DNA of 39,943 nt from Actinomycetota bacterium (GCA_028697935.1 JAQVEM010000001.1:2475-42417); one strand, 5' to 3'. Positions 9,168 through 18,750 are shown, counted from the stretch's first letter. Program-made: numbers and translations. Notes: a model not told the origin generated them from the letters alone.

Positions 9168-9802
9168 TTACATAGCACGCATAATATTCTTAGTAACTTC
9201 CTTATAATTGAATTCGTTGTAAACAAGTTCTTTACCCCTCATACCGATAAGTTTTGCCAGCTTCTTTCTATTAACTAGCGTTTCATTTTTCTTCTCTCTT
9301 AAAACCGGTATCTCTTGCAGATCCGGCTCCGGAAAATAACTCGCCGTCTGTGATTCCTCCAGTGCTTCTGAATGTGTCACCAGAAGTGCCTTCGCAAAAT
9401 ATCGGTTCTCGCGCCGAAATTTGAAAGCATAAAATAACCCTACAAAAATAAATAATTCCAGCACAACTGACCCTAAAATCGTTCCCAGCACTATCATCCG
9501 AGAATAATGTAACTGATTGAATATATACATTAGCCCGAAAATAACCACTATCGCATATATATCGCACTTAATTATCTGACTCGCCAACTTAGATGCCTTT
9601 CCCACTTTTTGTAAAGAATACTTCCCACCTAATATACCCACTACTATCCATATCCCGGTAAAGGCAAAGAGAAAACGCCACCACTGAAAATCTGATAGTA
9701 TCCTCCTTGTTCACTCTTTTACCTTTGCCGCAAAAAGAAAGGCAATGACTACAAGAAGGATGTCTAAAAGAAGATAATAAATGGTAGTTTGATTTTTTTC
9801 AT
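9168..9802 (-). pseudogene. Chimeric remnant: disrupted N-terminal membrane domain (polyprenyl-phosphate sugar-phosphate transferase-like) fused to a glycosyltransferase-type C-terminal tail
   Basis: An ATG at 9802 opens MKKIKLPFIIFF and hits a stop. A shifted frame continues LDILLVVIAFLFAAKVKE(stop)TRRILSDFQWWRFLFAFTGIWIVGILGGKY into the 157-aa ORF 9168..9641. That ORF has TM helices and ends in KKLAKLIGMRGKELVYNEFNYKEVTKNIMRAM, a typical GT4 C-terminus. The 9280-9420 segment is locally GC-richer and also carries an overlapping alternative-frame ORF. Confidence 0.5.
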
Positions 9803-9812
9803 ATATTTTTAA

Positions 9813-10555
9813 TCTCACGCAGATTGCGCTGATTCCGCAGATAAGTGCTCTCACAGATAACACAGATTTTAGTTTACCTCTCACAGATTACACGGATAAC
9901 ACAGATAAAAATTTATAATAATAAGATGTTAATATTAGAAGAATTACCGCACGCAGATTGCGCTGATTACGCAGATTTCTTTATTTATGTTAAGAATATT
10001 AAGCACAATCTAAAATTCTGAATTTATCATAGTATATATTATTAAAACCAAAACTGGGCTTAGACATTTCCTTTGCGATTTCAAGAGAGTTAAAATTATA
10101 ATATATTATCAATCATCCATCTGCGTTATCTGCAAAATCTAAGTACTGTATATTTTCATCTCACGCAGATTAAAGAATTTATAATTATAACATTAATAAT
10201 CATCTAACACTTCAAGTATTTATCGCAGTTTATAGTCATTGAAATAAATCATTTGGCTCAGATATTTTTTATTAGATTCCAATATAGTTAAAATTATAAT
10301 GTTTAATAATCATCCATCTGCGTTATCTGCGATATCTGCGTGAAATATAAATAATTATGTTACAGATAACACAGATTATTGTTTTGTAATAAAAAGAGTT
10401 TAAAGTACTTTACTATAAATTAGATCCTCTTACCTTTTTAATTAAGCTATGAATTTTAGGGTAGGTAAAATATAACAAATTTAGATTATTTTGAATTCTT
10501 ATTATAATTAAATCCAATCTGCGGAATCCGCGTTTTTATCTGCTTAATCCGCGGG
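9813..10555. repeat. Composite repeat region: phased 7-mer arrays alternating with core modules M5, M3, M4 and M1
   Basis: Plus-strand order (R = array as CRCAGAT, F = array as ATCTGYG; c = C/G-type, t = T/A-type). R-c 9813-9842, R-t 9848-9867, R-t 9878-9906, M5 9907-9947, R-c 9948-9976, M3 9977-10118, F-c 10119-10140. Then R-c 10159-10170, M4 10171-10315, F-c 10316-10345, R-t 10363-10376, M1 10397-10506, and a degenerate F-c 10517-10555. No ORF of 60 aa or more. Confidence 0.9.
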
Positions 10556-10561
10556 AAAAAA

Positions 10562-11731
10562 TCATACAGGTTCATAGTAAGTATCCGGATCACCTGGATC
10601 ATAAAATTCATTAGTCCAGAACATTGTCAACAACTCCGTATCCCCTATATTAGTAATATTATGTGTAAACCATATCGGCATATCTACATAAGCAGGTTCA
10701 TTCCCATCCAAGATATATTCAATAACTTCAGTAGTTCCATATTTTCGTAATTTAATTGAAGCATTACCTTCAATAACGGCAAAGCGCTCAACTTTTCTAA
10801 GGTGGAAATGATTCCCTCTAATAATTTGTGGTTTAGTGGTTGAATAAGAACTTTGTCCCTTAGACACTGATTTTGCCCATTCTACATAAATACCTCTCTC
10901 ATCTGCATTGATTTTAAACAAACGAGGATAATTATCTAGTGGTATATAGGACCTAAAAGTATTAAAGAGACATAAATCAAAGTAATCACTTAATTCTGGA
11001 AATATGCTATTTTGGTAATACATCTCTTTAAATTCTTGAAGTTTCTCCAAAAGTTCTGAAACTTTATAACTAGCCTGAGATTTTATTTTTAATATCCTGG
11101 GTGGATAATTAAGATTATCTTCTCTAGATTTTCTATTATTTATTGTCTGTGCTAAACTACCATACTTTTCAATTAATTCTATAATAAAATTAACTAATTC
11201 ATTTACATAAATTAAATTCATTTGATTATCTATTTCAATCTTTGGTTCAAGATTATTAACAAGTTGATAGGAAAAGGTAGAAATCACAGAATTGTAGAAA
11301 GGAACTCCAAATGGTCCAAAAACATTAGGTATTATCAATCCTGTAAACATTGCATTGGTTTTATCAGCCCATTTATTTAATAGTTCTCTACCTTCTCGTT
11401 TTGATTTACCATAAGGATTATCAAGAAATTCTTGAAGAGAAGAACTCATAATTACATAAGGTCTTGAAGAAGTTCTTTCAAAAGCAGATATTAACTTTTG
11501 AACCAATTCTATATTCGTTTGATAAAGTACTTCTGGGTTAGAATGTCTATTCATTGCAGCGAGATGAACAATTACATCGCATTCCTTTATGAAAGATTCA
11601 AGCTTACTGGTTTCATTAAAATAATTATCTTCAAAGGGAATAAGAATAAATTTATCCTTAGATAAACTAAGGGTATTAAAGAGGTGAGTACCTATAAATC
11701 CAGATTTGCCTGTAATTCCGATTTTAATCAT
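10562..11731 (-). CDS. fnlB: CapF/FnlB-like bifunctional enzyme (N-terminal SDR domain plus C-terminal cupin domain)
   Basis: 389-aa ORF with an N-terminal Rossmann motif GITGKSGFIGTHL and a C-terminal cupin-like region (GNHFHLRKVERFAVIEGNASIKL). It lies directly downstream of an FnlA/CapE-like gene, as in UDP-L-FucNAc clusters. Confidence 0.65.
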   Translation of the reverse strand: MIKIGITGKSGFIGTHLFNTLSLSKDKFILIPFEDNYFNETSKLESFIKECDVIVHLAAMNRHSNPEVLYQTNIELVQKLISAFERTSSRPYVIMSSSLQEFLDNPYGKSKREGRELLNKWADKTNAMFTGLIIPNVFGPFGVPFYNSVISTFSYQLVNNLEPKIEIDNQMNLIYVNELVNFIIELIEKYGSLAQTINNRKSREDNLNYPPRILKIKSQASYKVSELLEKLQEFKEMYYQNSIFPELSDYFDLCLFNTFRSYIPLDNYPRLFKINADERGIYVEWAKSVSKGQSSYSTTKPQIIRGNHFHLRKVERFAVIEGNASIKLRKYGTTEVIEYILDGNEPAYVDMPIWFTHNITNIGDTELLTMFWTNEFYDPGDPDTYYEPV

Positions 11732-11756
11732 TAAAACCTAGTTTAGTAATACAACA

Positions 11757-12791
11757 TTAATCATAAAAAGGATGTTTATCTCCTAATCCTAACTCCGCTC
11801 TTACATAATCTACTGTTAACAATTTTTCTTTTATTTCAGGTATTGTTAGTCTTTGAGTATTTTCGGAAGTATAATCTTGCACCTTGCTTACCTTTTGTTG
11901 TCCTTTTTCAAAATATATATCATAGTTTAAATCTCTTGTATCTGCAGGTATTCTATAATAACCTGGTAGTTCTATAGCTTTTGCCATCTCTTCTCTATTA
12001 ACCAGAGTTTCATGTTTCTTCTCTCCATGCCTGGTACCTATTATTTTTATTGTCGTTTTTGTTTCGAAGAGTTCTATCAACGCTTGAGCAAGATCTTGAA
12101 TAATACAAGCGGGAGATTTTTGTACAAAAATATCTCCTTGTTGTCCATTTTGATAAGCATAAATAACTAATTCAACTGCTTCTTCTAAGGACATTAGATA
12201 ACGAGTCATTTCAGGATCAGTAATAGTAATTGGTTTCCCTGATTTAATTTGCTCTATAAACAGAGGAATTACCGAACCTCGTGAAGCCATCACATTTCCG
12301 TAACGAGTTCCACAAAGAACTGTTCCGTTTTCAAGTTGCTGTCTGGAATAGGCAATCATAACTTTTTCCATCAGTGCCTTAGACATCCCCATAGCATTTA
12401 TAGGATACACTGCTTTATCCGTAGAGAGTACAATTAGCTTTTTAGCATTATTAGCAATAGCAGCCTTAATTACATTCTCTGCACCCAAAATATTGGTTTT
12501 AACAGCCTGAATAGGAAAAAATTCACAGGAAGGAACCTGTTTTAAAGCTGCAGCATGGAAAACATAATCAACGCCTAACATCGTATTATCAACGCTATCA
12601 TAATCTCTTACATCTCCTATATGAAACTTTATTTTAGAATTATCATAAAATTTCCGCATATCTTCCTGCTTTTTTTCATCCCGACTGAAAATTCTAATTT
12701 CTTTTATATCCGTATTCAGGAAACGATGAAGTACTGTATTGCCAAAGGAACCTGTTCCACCAGTAATCATTATTGTTTTATTTTCAAACAT
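11757..12791 (-). CDS. fnlA: UDP-N-acetylglucosamine 4,6-dehydratase/5-epimerase (FnlA / CapE family)
   Basis: 344-aa ORF with MITGGTGSFGN, IRIFSRDEKKQEDMRK, HAAALKQVPSCEF, LSTDKAVYPINAMGMSKALMEK, GTRYGNVMASRGSVIPLF and GTRHGEK. These blocks match my recollection of CapE/FnlA proteins closely. Confidence 0.85.
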   Translation of the reverse strand: MFENKTIMITGGTGSFGNTVLHRFLNTDIKEIRIFSRDEKKQEDMRKFYDNSKIKFHIGDVRDYDSVDNTMLGVDYVFHAAALKQVPSCEFFPIQAVKTNILGAENVIKAAIANNAKKLIVLSTDKAVYPINAMGMSKALMEKVMIAYSRQQLENGTVLCGTRYGNVMASRGSVIPLFIEQIKSGKPITITDPEMTRYLMSLEEAVELVIYAYQNGQQGDIFVQKSPACIIQDLAQALIELFETKTTIKIIGTRHGEKKHETLVNREEMAKAIELPGYYRIPADTRDLNYDIYFEKGQQKVSKVQDYTSENTQRLTIPEIKEKLLTVDYVRAELGLGDKHPFYD

Positions 12792-14091
12792 TATTATTTA
12801 CCCTCATTATATAATTATTATTTGATATATCATTATAATTATTAGTGTAAATAAAATTTGCTCCTGGAACAATTAGAAACCAAAAAATCCAGGTATGATC
12901 AGAACCAGTATTTTTTAAAAGTCCCATAGCTACAAAAGCTATAATGCTAAGCATATAATAAGGAATATACTTCTTATTCAGAATTTTCAAATTCCTTTTA
13001 TAATTATCCACAATTAGCCATACCCAAGGCACAAAACCTAATAGTCCAAAAGCAGATAACATATCAAACCACTGAGCATGATTAGTGTGTAATCCACCAC
13101 CACTAATCGGATTACTTAAAAAAGACTCTAAAAGCAAAGGAATTCTCCCTAAACGCCTACCTGCATGATAAGGACTTGCATAATAATCTAGATAGGGATT
13201 TTCTATGGTTAAACCAGCATCAAATAATCTATCACCAAGAACAGAGTGAGGAAAGAATTCAGAGCTTCTATAAAAAATCTGAGCAATTGCAGAAGATGGT
13301 ATTACTAAAACAACTATTAATAATGCTATAACTAAGTATATAATATCTTTTTTGTAATTTTCTCTTAAAAAAATAGCAGTAATTCCGAAAATAGCGGAAA
13401 AGAGCAGAAATGCAGTAATTTTAGCATAGATTATTGAAGAGAAAGATAATAATATAAATAGGATCCATCCTATTTTTTTATAACTTTCTATTTGCAATTT
13501 AATTACCATATATACTAATATAGGAAATATTGAACATAAAGCATTAAAAAAACCATAATCCAATAGTCCTAAATATTTATAATATTCACTTAAGTAAAAT
13601 GTTCCTAAATATATATGAGCTTCTCTTATCGCCTCAGGGTAATTTAAAAAGACCAATAAAGAATTAATTACTCCTAAAAAAGTAAAAATAAAAGCTCTTT
13701 TGCATATTCTTCCCAGCGTAATAAAATCATTTTTATGGATATAGTGATTATATACTAAAAGAGCGATAAAAAGAGGAAAATAATCAATAATAACAGATTT
13801 AATATTCAAATATTGCCCTCTTTCCCAAATAATTATGCTTTTTTCCCATATTAACGGAGTAAATATTATATGAATAGCAAAAAAAACATAAAACGGGATC
13901 AGTGACTTTAAAAAGTATGATTTAGGATATAATATGGCAAACGCTGCAAATACTAATGCACTATAAAAATAGTTTGCATGAAATGGAGACGGTAATTGCA
14001 GAAAAGGTAAAGGGAATAATAATCGGGCTAAATACAGAGTGATGACTATTTCAAGTATAGTATGTCTGGTTATATCAGTTTGAACTTTCAC
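12784..14091 (-). CDS. Multi-pass membrane protein, O-antigen polymerase / ligase-like (Wzy_C type)
   Basis: 435-aa highly hydrophobic ORF with about 10 or more predicted TM segments. It has a loop GGGLHTNHAQWFDMLSAFGLLG resembling the Wzy_C/O-antigen-ligase motif, and sits in a polysaccharide locus. Confidence 0.55.
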   Translation of the reverse strand: MKVQTDITRHTILEIVITLYLARLLFPLPFLQLPSPFHANYFYSALVFAAFAILYPKSYFLKSLIPFYVFFAIHIIFTPLIWEKSIIIWERGQYLNIKSVIIDYFPLFIALLVYNHYIHKNDFITLGRICKRAFIFTFLGVINSLLVFLNYPEAIREAHIYLGTFYLSEYYKYLGLLDYGFFNALCSIFPILVYMVIKLQIESYKKIGWILFILLSFSSIIYAKITAFLLFSAIFGITAIFLRENYKKDIIYLVIALLIVVLVIPSSAIAQIFYRSSEFFPHSVLGDRLFDAGLTIENPYLDYYASPYHAGRRLGRIPLLLESFLSNPISGGGLHTNHAQWFDMLSAFGLLGFVPWVWLIVDNYKRNLKILNKKYIPYYMLSIIAFVAMGLLKNTGSDHTWIFWFLIVPGANFIYTNNYNDISNNNYIMRVNNNV

Positions 14092-15152
14092 TTAGAATTT
14101 ATCCTCGCTTGTCTTAAGAATTCATCCCAATTACCCATATCTTTCCAGCTTTTTTCACTAACTGGGAATATACCTACTTTTCTTTTTTCATTGATCAGCT
14201 TTTGCGCCAAATCTGTAATATCAAATGGTTCATTATCAGGAATATCTTCCAATACCCTGGGCTCTAATAGGTATAAACCCGTGTTAATTTTAAAGAACAA
14301 ATCTGGTTTTTCTATTATACTAACCAGCAGACCATTATTATTTGTTTCTAAAACGCCATAGGGTATTTTAATATTCATCATTGCTGATACAACGGTTATA
14401 TCATTTTTATTGGATTTATGAAACTTAAGAATATCACTTAAATCTTGATCAACCAGAATATCACAATTACTAACGAAGAAAGTGGTATGAATTTTATTTT
14501 TTAATAAACCCAAACTTCCAGCTGTGCCAAGAAATTTATCTTCTTCAATAAATTCTATATTGTAGGTATCTTGTTTTAAATTTTTAATATAATACTTTAT
14601 CATATCTGATTTATGATTAATAGATAAATAAAAATTATTACATCCTTGTTCCATAAAGAAATCCATTATCTGTTCAAGAATAGTTTTATCTCCAATAGGT
14701 ATTAAGGCTTTGGGTAAAACATTTGTTATAGGTTTAAGTCTTGAGCCAATACCACCAGCCATTATGACTACAGGTAGATTTACAATATTTCCCCGTAATT
14801 TTTCCTCCTTTTTAAAAATATCTTCCCAGTAAATAACATTTTTTATTTCTCCATTTTTATCTACTATAGGCATATATTCATTTCTTCCCTGTAACATATG
14901 TTGTTTAATCTTATCCATATCATCTGTTTCTGAAGCCACAACTACATCTTCTCTAAGTATTTTTCCCACTGAAGTATTTAAATCAATCCCTTTTATTATA
15001 GCTCTCTGAATATCTCCAATACTTAGCATACTATAATATTTTCCATTTTCTACGACTATTAGCAGTTTTTTATTAATTTGATCCATCTGTTTTAAAGCAG
15101 AAGCAATAGATTCAGTTAAATTGATGGTTAGTTCTATAATGTTATTATTCAT
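14088..15152 (-). CDS. Sugar-phosphate nucleotidyltransferase with N-terminal CBS pair
   Basis: 354-aa ORF. The N-terminal ~120 aa are CBS-like and are followed by the NTP-transferase motif VIMAGGIGSRLKPITNVLPKALIPIG. Confidence 0.75.
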   Translation of the reverse strand: MNNNIIELTINLTESIASALKQMDQINKKLLIVVENGKYYSMLSIGDIQRAIIKGIDLNTSVGKILREDVVVASETDDMDKIKQHMLQGRNEYMPIVDKNGEIKNVIYWEDIFKKEEKLRGNIVNLPVVIMAGGIGSRLKPITNVLPKALIPIGDKTILEQIMDFFMEQGCNNFYLSINHKSDMIKYYIKNLKQDTYNIEFIEEDKFLGTAGSLGLLKNKIHTTFFVSNCDILVDQDLSDILKFHKSNKNDITVVSAMMNIKIPYGVLETNNNGLLVSIIEKPDLFFKINTGLYLLEPRVLEDIPDNEPFDITDLAQKLINEKRKVGIFPVSEKSWKDMGNWDEFLRQARINSK

Positions 15153-16056
15153 TTTTTCTTAAAAACCTAGCGGGATTACCAACCCAAACTTCATTAGAAG
15201 GAATATCGCCTAATACGACCGCACCTGCACCAATTAATACATTATCACCAATTATTTGATGCCCTTTTAGTGTTGAATTTGGTCCTATCCATACATTACT
15301 ACCTATAATAGTAGATCCTGATACATTAACAAGGGCTGTTATAATAACTTGATTACCAATTCCAACATTATGAGCAATATGACATAAGTTATTTATCTTA
15401 GAACCTGAACCAATTATTGTATCAGAAAATGCTCCTCTATCAATACAGGTGTTAGAACCTATTTCCACATAATTTTCAATTATAACTTCACCAATTTGAG
15501 GAAATTTAAATAACTTGCCATCTTCATCTTTAACAAATCCAAAACCAGGATTTCCAATTATAGCTCCAGATTTAATAAGGACATTGTTACCTATTTTCAC
15601 ACAATCACGGATTATCACATTTTCTTGTATTATAGAATTATCTCCAATTACACAAGCATCTATCACGGAATAAGCTCCTATATACACATCTTTACCAATT
15701 TTTGCACCCTGATCAATGATAGCTGTTGGATGGATAATAGGTTTTTCTTTTCTTACAAAAAATTCATTACCGATTTTTGCTATTATTAAATAAGGATTTT
15801 TAACTTGGATGAGCACCTTACCATTTAGTTTCATTTTTTCACTGTAATTGACACCTGGATTTGCAATAATTACTTTTGATATAGAGTTTTCTGCTTTTTC
15901 TTGGGGTTGCTTAGTATTTTGATGAATCCAATCTATATATCTTGAATCACTATTTCTCAATCCTGCTATACCTTCTATCTCAATTCCTTTATATGGTCCT
16001 TGTATTTGGATTACTTGATCTTGAATAAACTTAATTATTTCTTCTAATCTAATCAT
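15145..16056 (-). CDS. LpxD-like hexapeptide-repeat (left-handed beta-helix) N-acyltransferase
   Basis: Long run of hexapeptide repeats (IGDNSIIQENVIIRDCVKIGNNVLIKSGAIIG...) after an LpxD-like N-terminal domain. I place the start at Met26 of the tracked ORF (ATG 16056), which overlaps the upstream stop by 8 bp. The longer form would overlap the upstream gene by 83 bp. Confidence 0.7.
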   Translation of the reverse strand: MIRLEEIIKFIQDQVIQIQGPYKGIEIEGIAGLRNSDSRYIDWIHQNTKQPQEKAENSISKVIIANPGVNYSEKMKLNGKVLIQVKNPYLIIAKIGNEFFVRKEKPIIHPTAIIDQGAKIGKDVYIGAYSVIDACVIGDNSIIQENVIIRDCVKIGNNVLIKSGAIIGNPGFGFVKDEDGKLFKFPQIGEVIIENYVEIGSNTCIDRGAFSDTIIGSGSKINNLCHIAHNVGIGNQVIITALVNVSGSTIIGSNVWIGPNSTLKGHQIIGDNVLIGAGAVVLGDIPSNEVWVGNPARFLRKNE

Positions 16057-17386
16057 AGTAGTTAACTTTTTTATATTCAGGAAATTCTTCTGGATTAAAT
16101 AACAATTCTTTAGGAATTGGTTCATTTTCATAATAATGCTTATATACGGCTTTATAAATATTTACGAGTTTATCCATATTAGCTTTATTATCATATTCTC
16201 TTTCAATAAAAATCTTTGAATTGGTTAACATTTTTTCAACAAGTTCAGGTTCTTTGATCACCCTAAGCATATTATTTGCTAATGAATTAACATCGTCAAT
16301 ATCACTAATTAAAACTGCTTCACCATATTTATTAAGATAAGGAGTTCCTGTTGTCTTATAAGTAATAACCGGAAACCCAAGTATCATTGCTTCTATTATG
16401 GTACCAGATATAACATCAAGTTTAACAGGTAATACCGCATATTTTGCCTGTTGAATATGTTTATGCATATCTGATTGTTTGGGGAAATAGTCAGTAAATT
16501 CAATATTTTCTTTTAACTCTAATTCTTCTATCTTTTTTTCAAGATATTTCTTATAATCAATATCACATTTACCCACAATATTCAAGGTAACTTTTGGATA
16601 TTCTTTTTTTACTAGAGCTAACGCTTGAATTGTATCTTCTATACCTTTTTTCTTTGCCACACCGGCAGCAAAGAAAACAAAATCATATTTCTTTATTACA
16701 TTATTGATCTTTTGTATAGGTATATATGAGGAAGGACAGTAAAAAATAATTGCATTTTGATTATTTCGTAAAATCAAATCTCTATGAATAAGCCCTTCAC
16801 TACAAAAATATTTTATTTTTTGGTGTAACTTTAGTTCTAAATCCCATGTAAATTGATCTACTTCTCCACTGAACTTTTTCCTCAGAGGATTTGTATACAC
16901 CGTTTGAGCAGTAAGTATTAATGGTAAATTTGTAATATCCAAACCTGCGATGGAATAATATGGATTTTCAGAACCTATTAAATTAACAACATCTGGTTTT
17001 ATATCTTTTACAAAACCTTTTATTAAATATCTATTATAATAATATTTTGGTCTTTTTATTCTGAAAAGCTTTCTGAATAGTTTAATAACCATAATATCAT
17101 CATCAGGTCTAAAAAAGTGATAAAATATATTATTATATTTAAAACTATATTTGTTTTTTTTGAGATTCCTGTGAGGAGATATAATATGAATTTCTATTTC
17201 ATTGCGTTTCTCTAATTCGGAGATCAAATTAGTTATCCAGGGGGCAAAATCAAATACTTGTTTTTTTGGTTTGTTTAAAATTCTCCTAATATAATACTCA
17301 AAAGTTTTTTGGGATAAGGGTAACTTATCTCTAACCTCTGGATTAGAAAAATGACAGATTAAAGCTATTCTTAGTAGTCTTGCCAT
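16049..17386 (-). CDS. Glycosyltransferase, GT-B fold (family 4-like)
   Basis: 445-aa ORF with the C-terminal domain motif SGTIIEAMILGFPVITYKTTGTPYL and a typical two-domain length. Confidence 0.7.
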   Translation of the reverse strand: MARLLRIALICHFSNPEVRDKLPLSQKTFEYYIRRILNKPKKQVFDFAPWITNLISELEKRNEIEIHIISPHRNLKKNKYSFKYNNIFYHFFRPDDDIMVIKLFRKLFRIKRPKYYYNRYLIKGFVKDIKPDVVNLIGSENPYYSIAGLDITNLPLILTAQTVYTNPLRKKFSGEVDQFTWDLELKLHQKIKYFCSEGLIHRDLILRNNQNAIIFYCPSSYIPIQKINNVIKKYDFVFFAAGVAKKKGIEDTIQALALVKKEYPKVTLNIVGKCDIDYKKYLEKKIEELELKENIEFTDYFPKQSDMHKHIQQAKYAVLPVKLDVISGTIIEAMILGFPVITYKTTGTPYLNKYGEAVLISDIDDVNSLANNMLRVIKEPELVEKMLTNSKIFIEREYDNKANMDKLVNIYKAVYKHYYENEPIPKELLFNPEEFPEYKKVNYYD

Positions 17387-18063
17387 TAATACCTCCTAAA
17401 AAGTGACATAAAAGCTTCTGCATACATAACCCCAATTCTTGAACCCCGAAAAGCGGCTAAACCTTTTATCGCATAGACACTTCTGGGTAATGGGTCAGGC
17501 ATAATTTCAGTTTCATATAATTTTATAATTTCAATTTTTTTATCTATATAATCAGAAATATCTACAAATGTATTAGGTATAAAAGCATTTTCTAATAAAG
17601 CGGGAGCAAATTCGGTCTCTGAGAGTGTTTCATACATTAATATACTTTTTATAAAGGGATATCTATAATTTTTTGTGCAAGGATAAATTGCTTGAAATGA
17701 TATTCTATGATCAGACTGAACATCACTTCTATTAGGTATATATAAAATATCAGGTTTAATATTATATATAACTTCACTTATTTTACTTATTAATTCTGAC
17801 AGAGAAATAGTATCTATAATCCTTTCATAAAATTTTAAGTTTATAAAATTATTAAATTCATATGAGCTGACAACTTTACCTATAATCTTCTGAACTTTCT
17901 CTACGATTTCAGGACTAAAATCAAAAGGATGATTATTATCCATATCAGTAATATTTAACCAGTTGATTGTATCGCCGTTCGCTTTATGTTTGAGAATAGT
18001 TCCCCCACATCCTAAAGTTTCATCATCAGGATGTACCGAAATAAATAATACATTTCTTTTCAT
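17386..18063 (-). CDS. PIG-L / LmbE-family de-N-acetylase
   Basis: 225-aa ORF with the N-terminal signature LFISVHPDDETLGCGGT. Confidence 0.85.
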   Translation of the reverse strand: MKRNVLFISVHPDDETLGCGGTILKHKANGDTINWLNITDMDNNHPFDFSPEIVEKVQKIIGKVVSSYEFNNFINLKFYERIIDTISLSELISKISEVIYNIKPDILYIPNRSDVQSDHRISFQAIYPCTKNYRYPFIKSILMYETLSETEFAPALLENAFIPNTFVDISDYIDKKIEIIKLYETEIMPDPLPRSVYAIKGLAAFRGSRIGVMYAEAFMSLFRRY

Positions 18064-18293
18064 ATATTACTTAACCTCCATATAACTTATATAAAATTTA
18101 ATTTAATGCACATATTACTAATATGTTATAACCTTATCCTTCCTCCAAATACTATGCATTAATAAAGTTATGTTTTTATACATATAGTATATTTCTTTCT
18201 ATTGCCCCCAAAAGAATGGGAAAGTAAAGGTAATGTATCTTTATTTGGATAGAGGGAACGGATGAAATCAATGATTGGTTGGTATTCCATAGT

Positions 18294-18362
18294 CTACAAA
18301 TTAGTCCACCAATTTACACAAATTAAGGAGAATCCACAAATTTACACAAATTAACACGAATT
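18294..18362 (+). repeat. Phased 8-mer arrays, CACAAATT/CACGAATT dialect (two triplets), left flank of GxxExxY gene 1
   Basis: The sequence is ctacaaatta GTCCACCAATTTACACAAATT aaggagaa TCCACAAATTTACACAAATTAACACGAATT. The period is about 10 bp, and the array runs into the stop codon of 18362..18739. Confidence 0.85.
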
Positions 18363-18739
18363 TATAAGATGAGGCGTTTATATACTAAACTTGAGGATCC
18401 AAAGTTGACTAATAAGCCAACTCTAAGTTTGGTAGCCTTTAGGTAGTTTAATAATTGAGAGATATGATCGTTAGAGATTTCTGCAAGAGCTTTTACTTCA
18501 ACAATTATATTATCAAAGCATAAAAAATCGGCTTTATAACATTTATCTAGGGTTTTCCCTTTATATACTATACGAATATCCTTTTCTTTTTCAAAAGGTA
18601 TTCCTTGCTCTAAAAATTCAAGCATTAAAGATTCTTGATATACAGCTTCAAGAAATCCCGGTCCCAATTCCTTATGAACATTCATACACGCTCCAATTAT
18701 CTTGTAGCATTCTTCTTTATACATAATATCATTATTCAT
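18362..18739 (-). CDS. GxxExxY protein (PD-(D/E)XK nuclease-fold, PDDEXK_3-like), copy 1
   Basis: 125-aa ORF with the family motif GPGFLEAVYQ (G-x-x-E-x-x-Y) and a downstream D...EVK (ADFLCFDNIIVEVKA) typical of PD-(D/E)XK cores. Confidence 0.85.
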   Translation of the reverse strand: MNNDIMYKEECYKIIGACMNVHKELGPGFLEAVYQESLMLEFLEQGIPFEKEKDIRIVYKGKTLDKCYKADFLCFDNIIVEVKALAEISNDHISQLLNYLKATKLRVGLLVNFGSSSLVYKRLIL

Positions 18740-18750
18740 AATTCAAGTAA

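Noticed and set aside
9283-9567. 94-aa minus-strand ORF overlapping 9168..9641 in another frame. The same applies to 33660..33857 and 38186..38386.
   Set aside because: These are alternative-frame overlaps of longer ORFs or pseudogenes with no motifs. The 9283..9567 ORF probably reflects the locally GC-richer, possibly non-coding nature of that segment rather than a gene.
10397-10506. A Bacteroidota-type promoter (TAnnTTTG, present as TAAATTTG on the minus strand) inside module M1.
   Set aside because: There is only a single -7-like match without a convincing -33 TTTG. Such octamers are expected by chance in this AT-rich sequence, and the phylum of the organism is unknown to me.
9813-10555. 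Arrays acting as ordinary Rho-independent terminators.
   Set aside because: Within a unit the 7-mers are direct repeats, not inverted repeats, so a unit cannot form a hairpin. Inverted partners are separated by 100-150-bp cores and are not followed by T-tracts. A role in RNA structure over longer range is not excluded.
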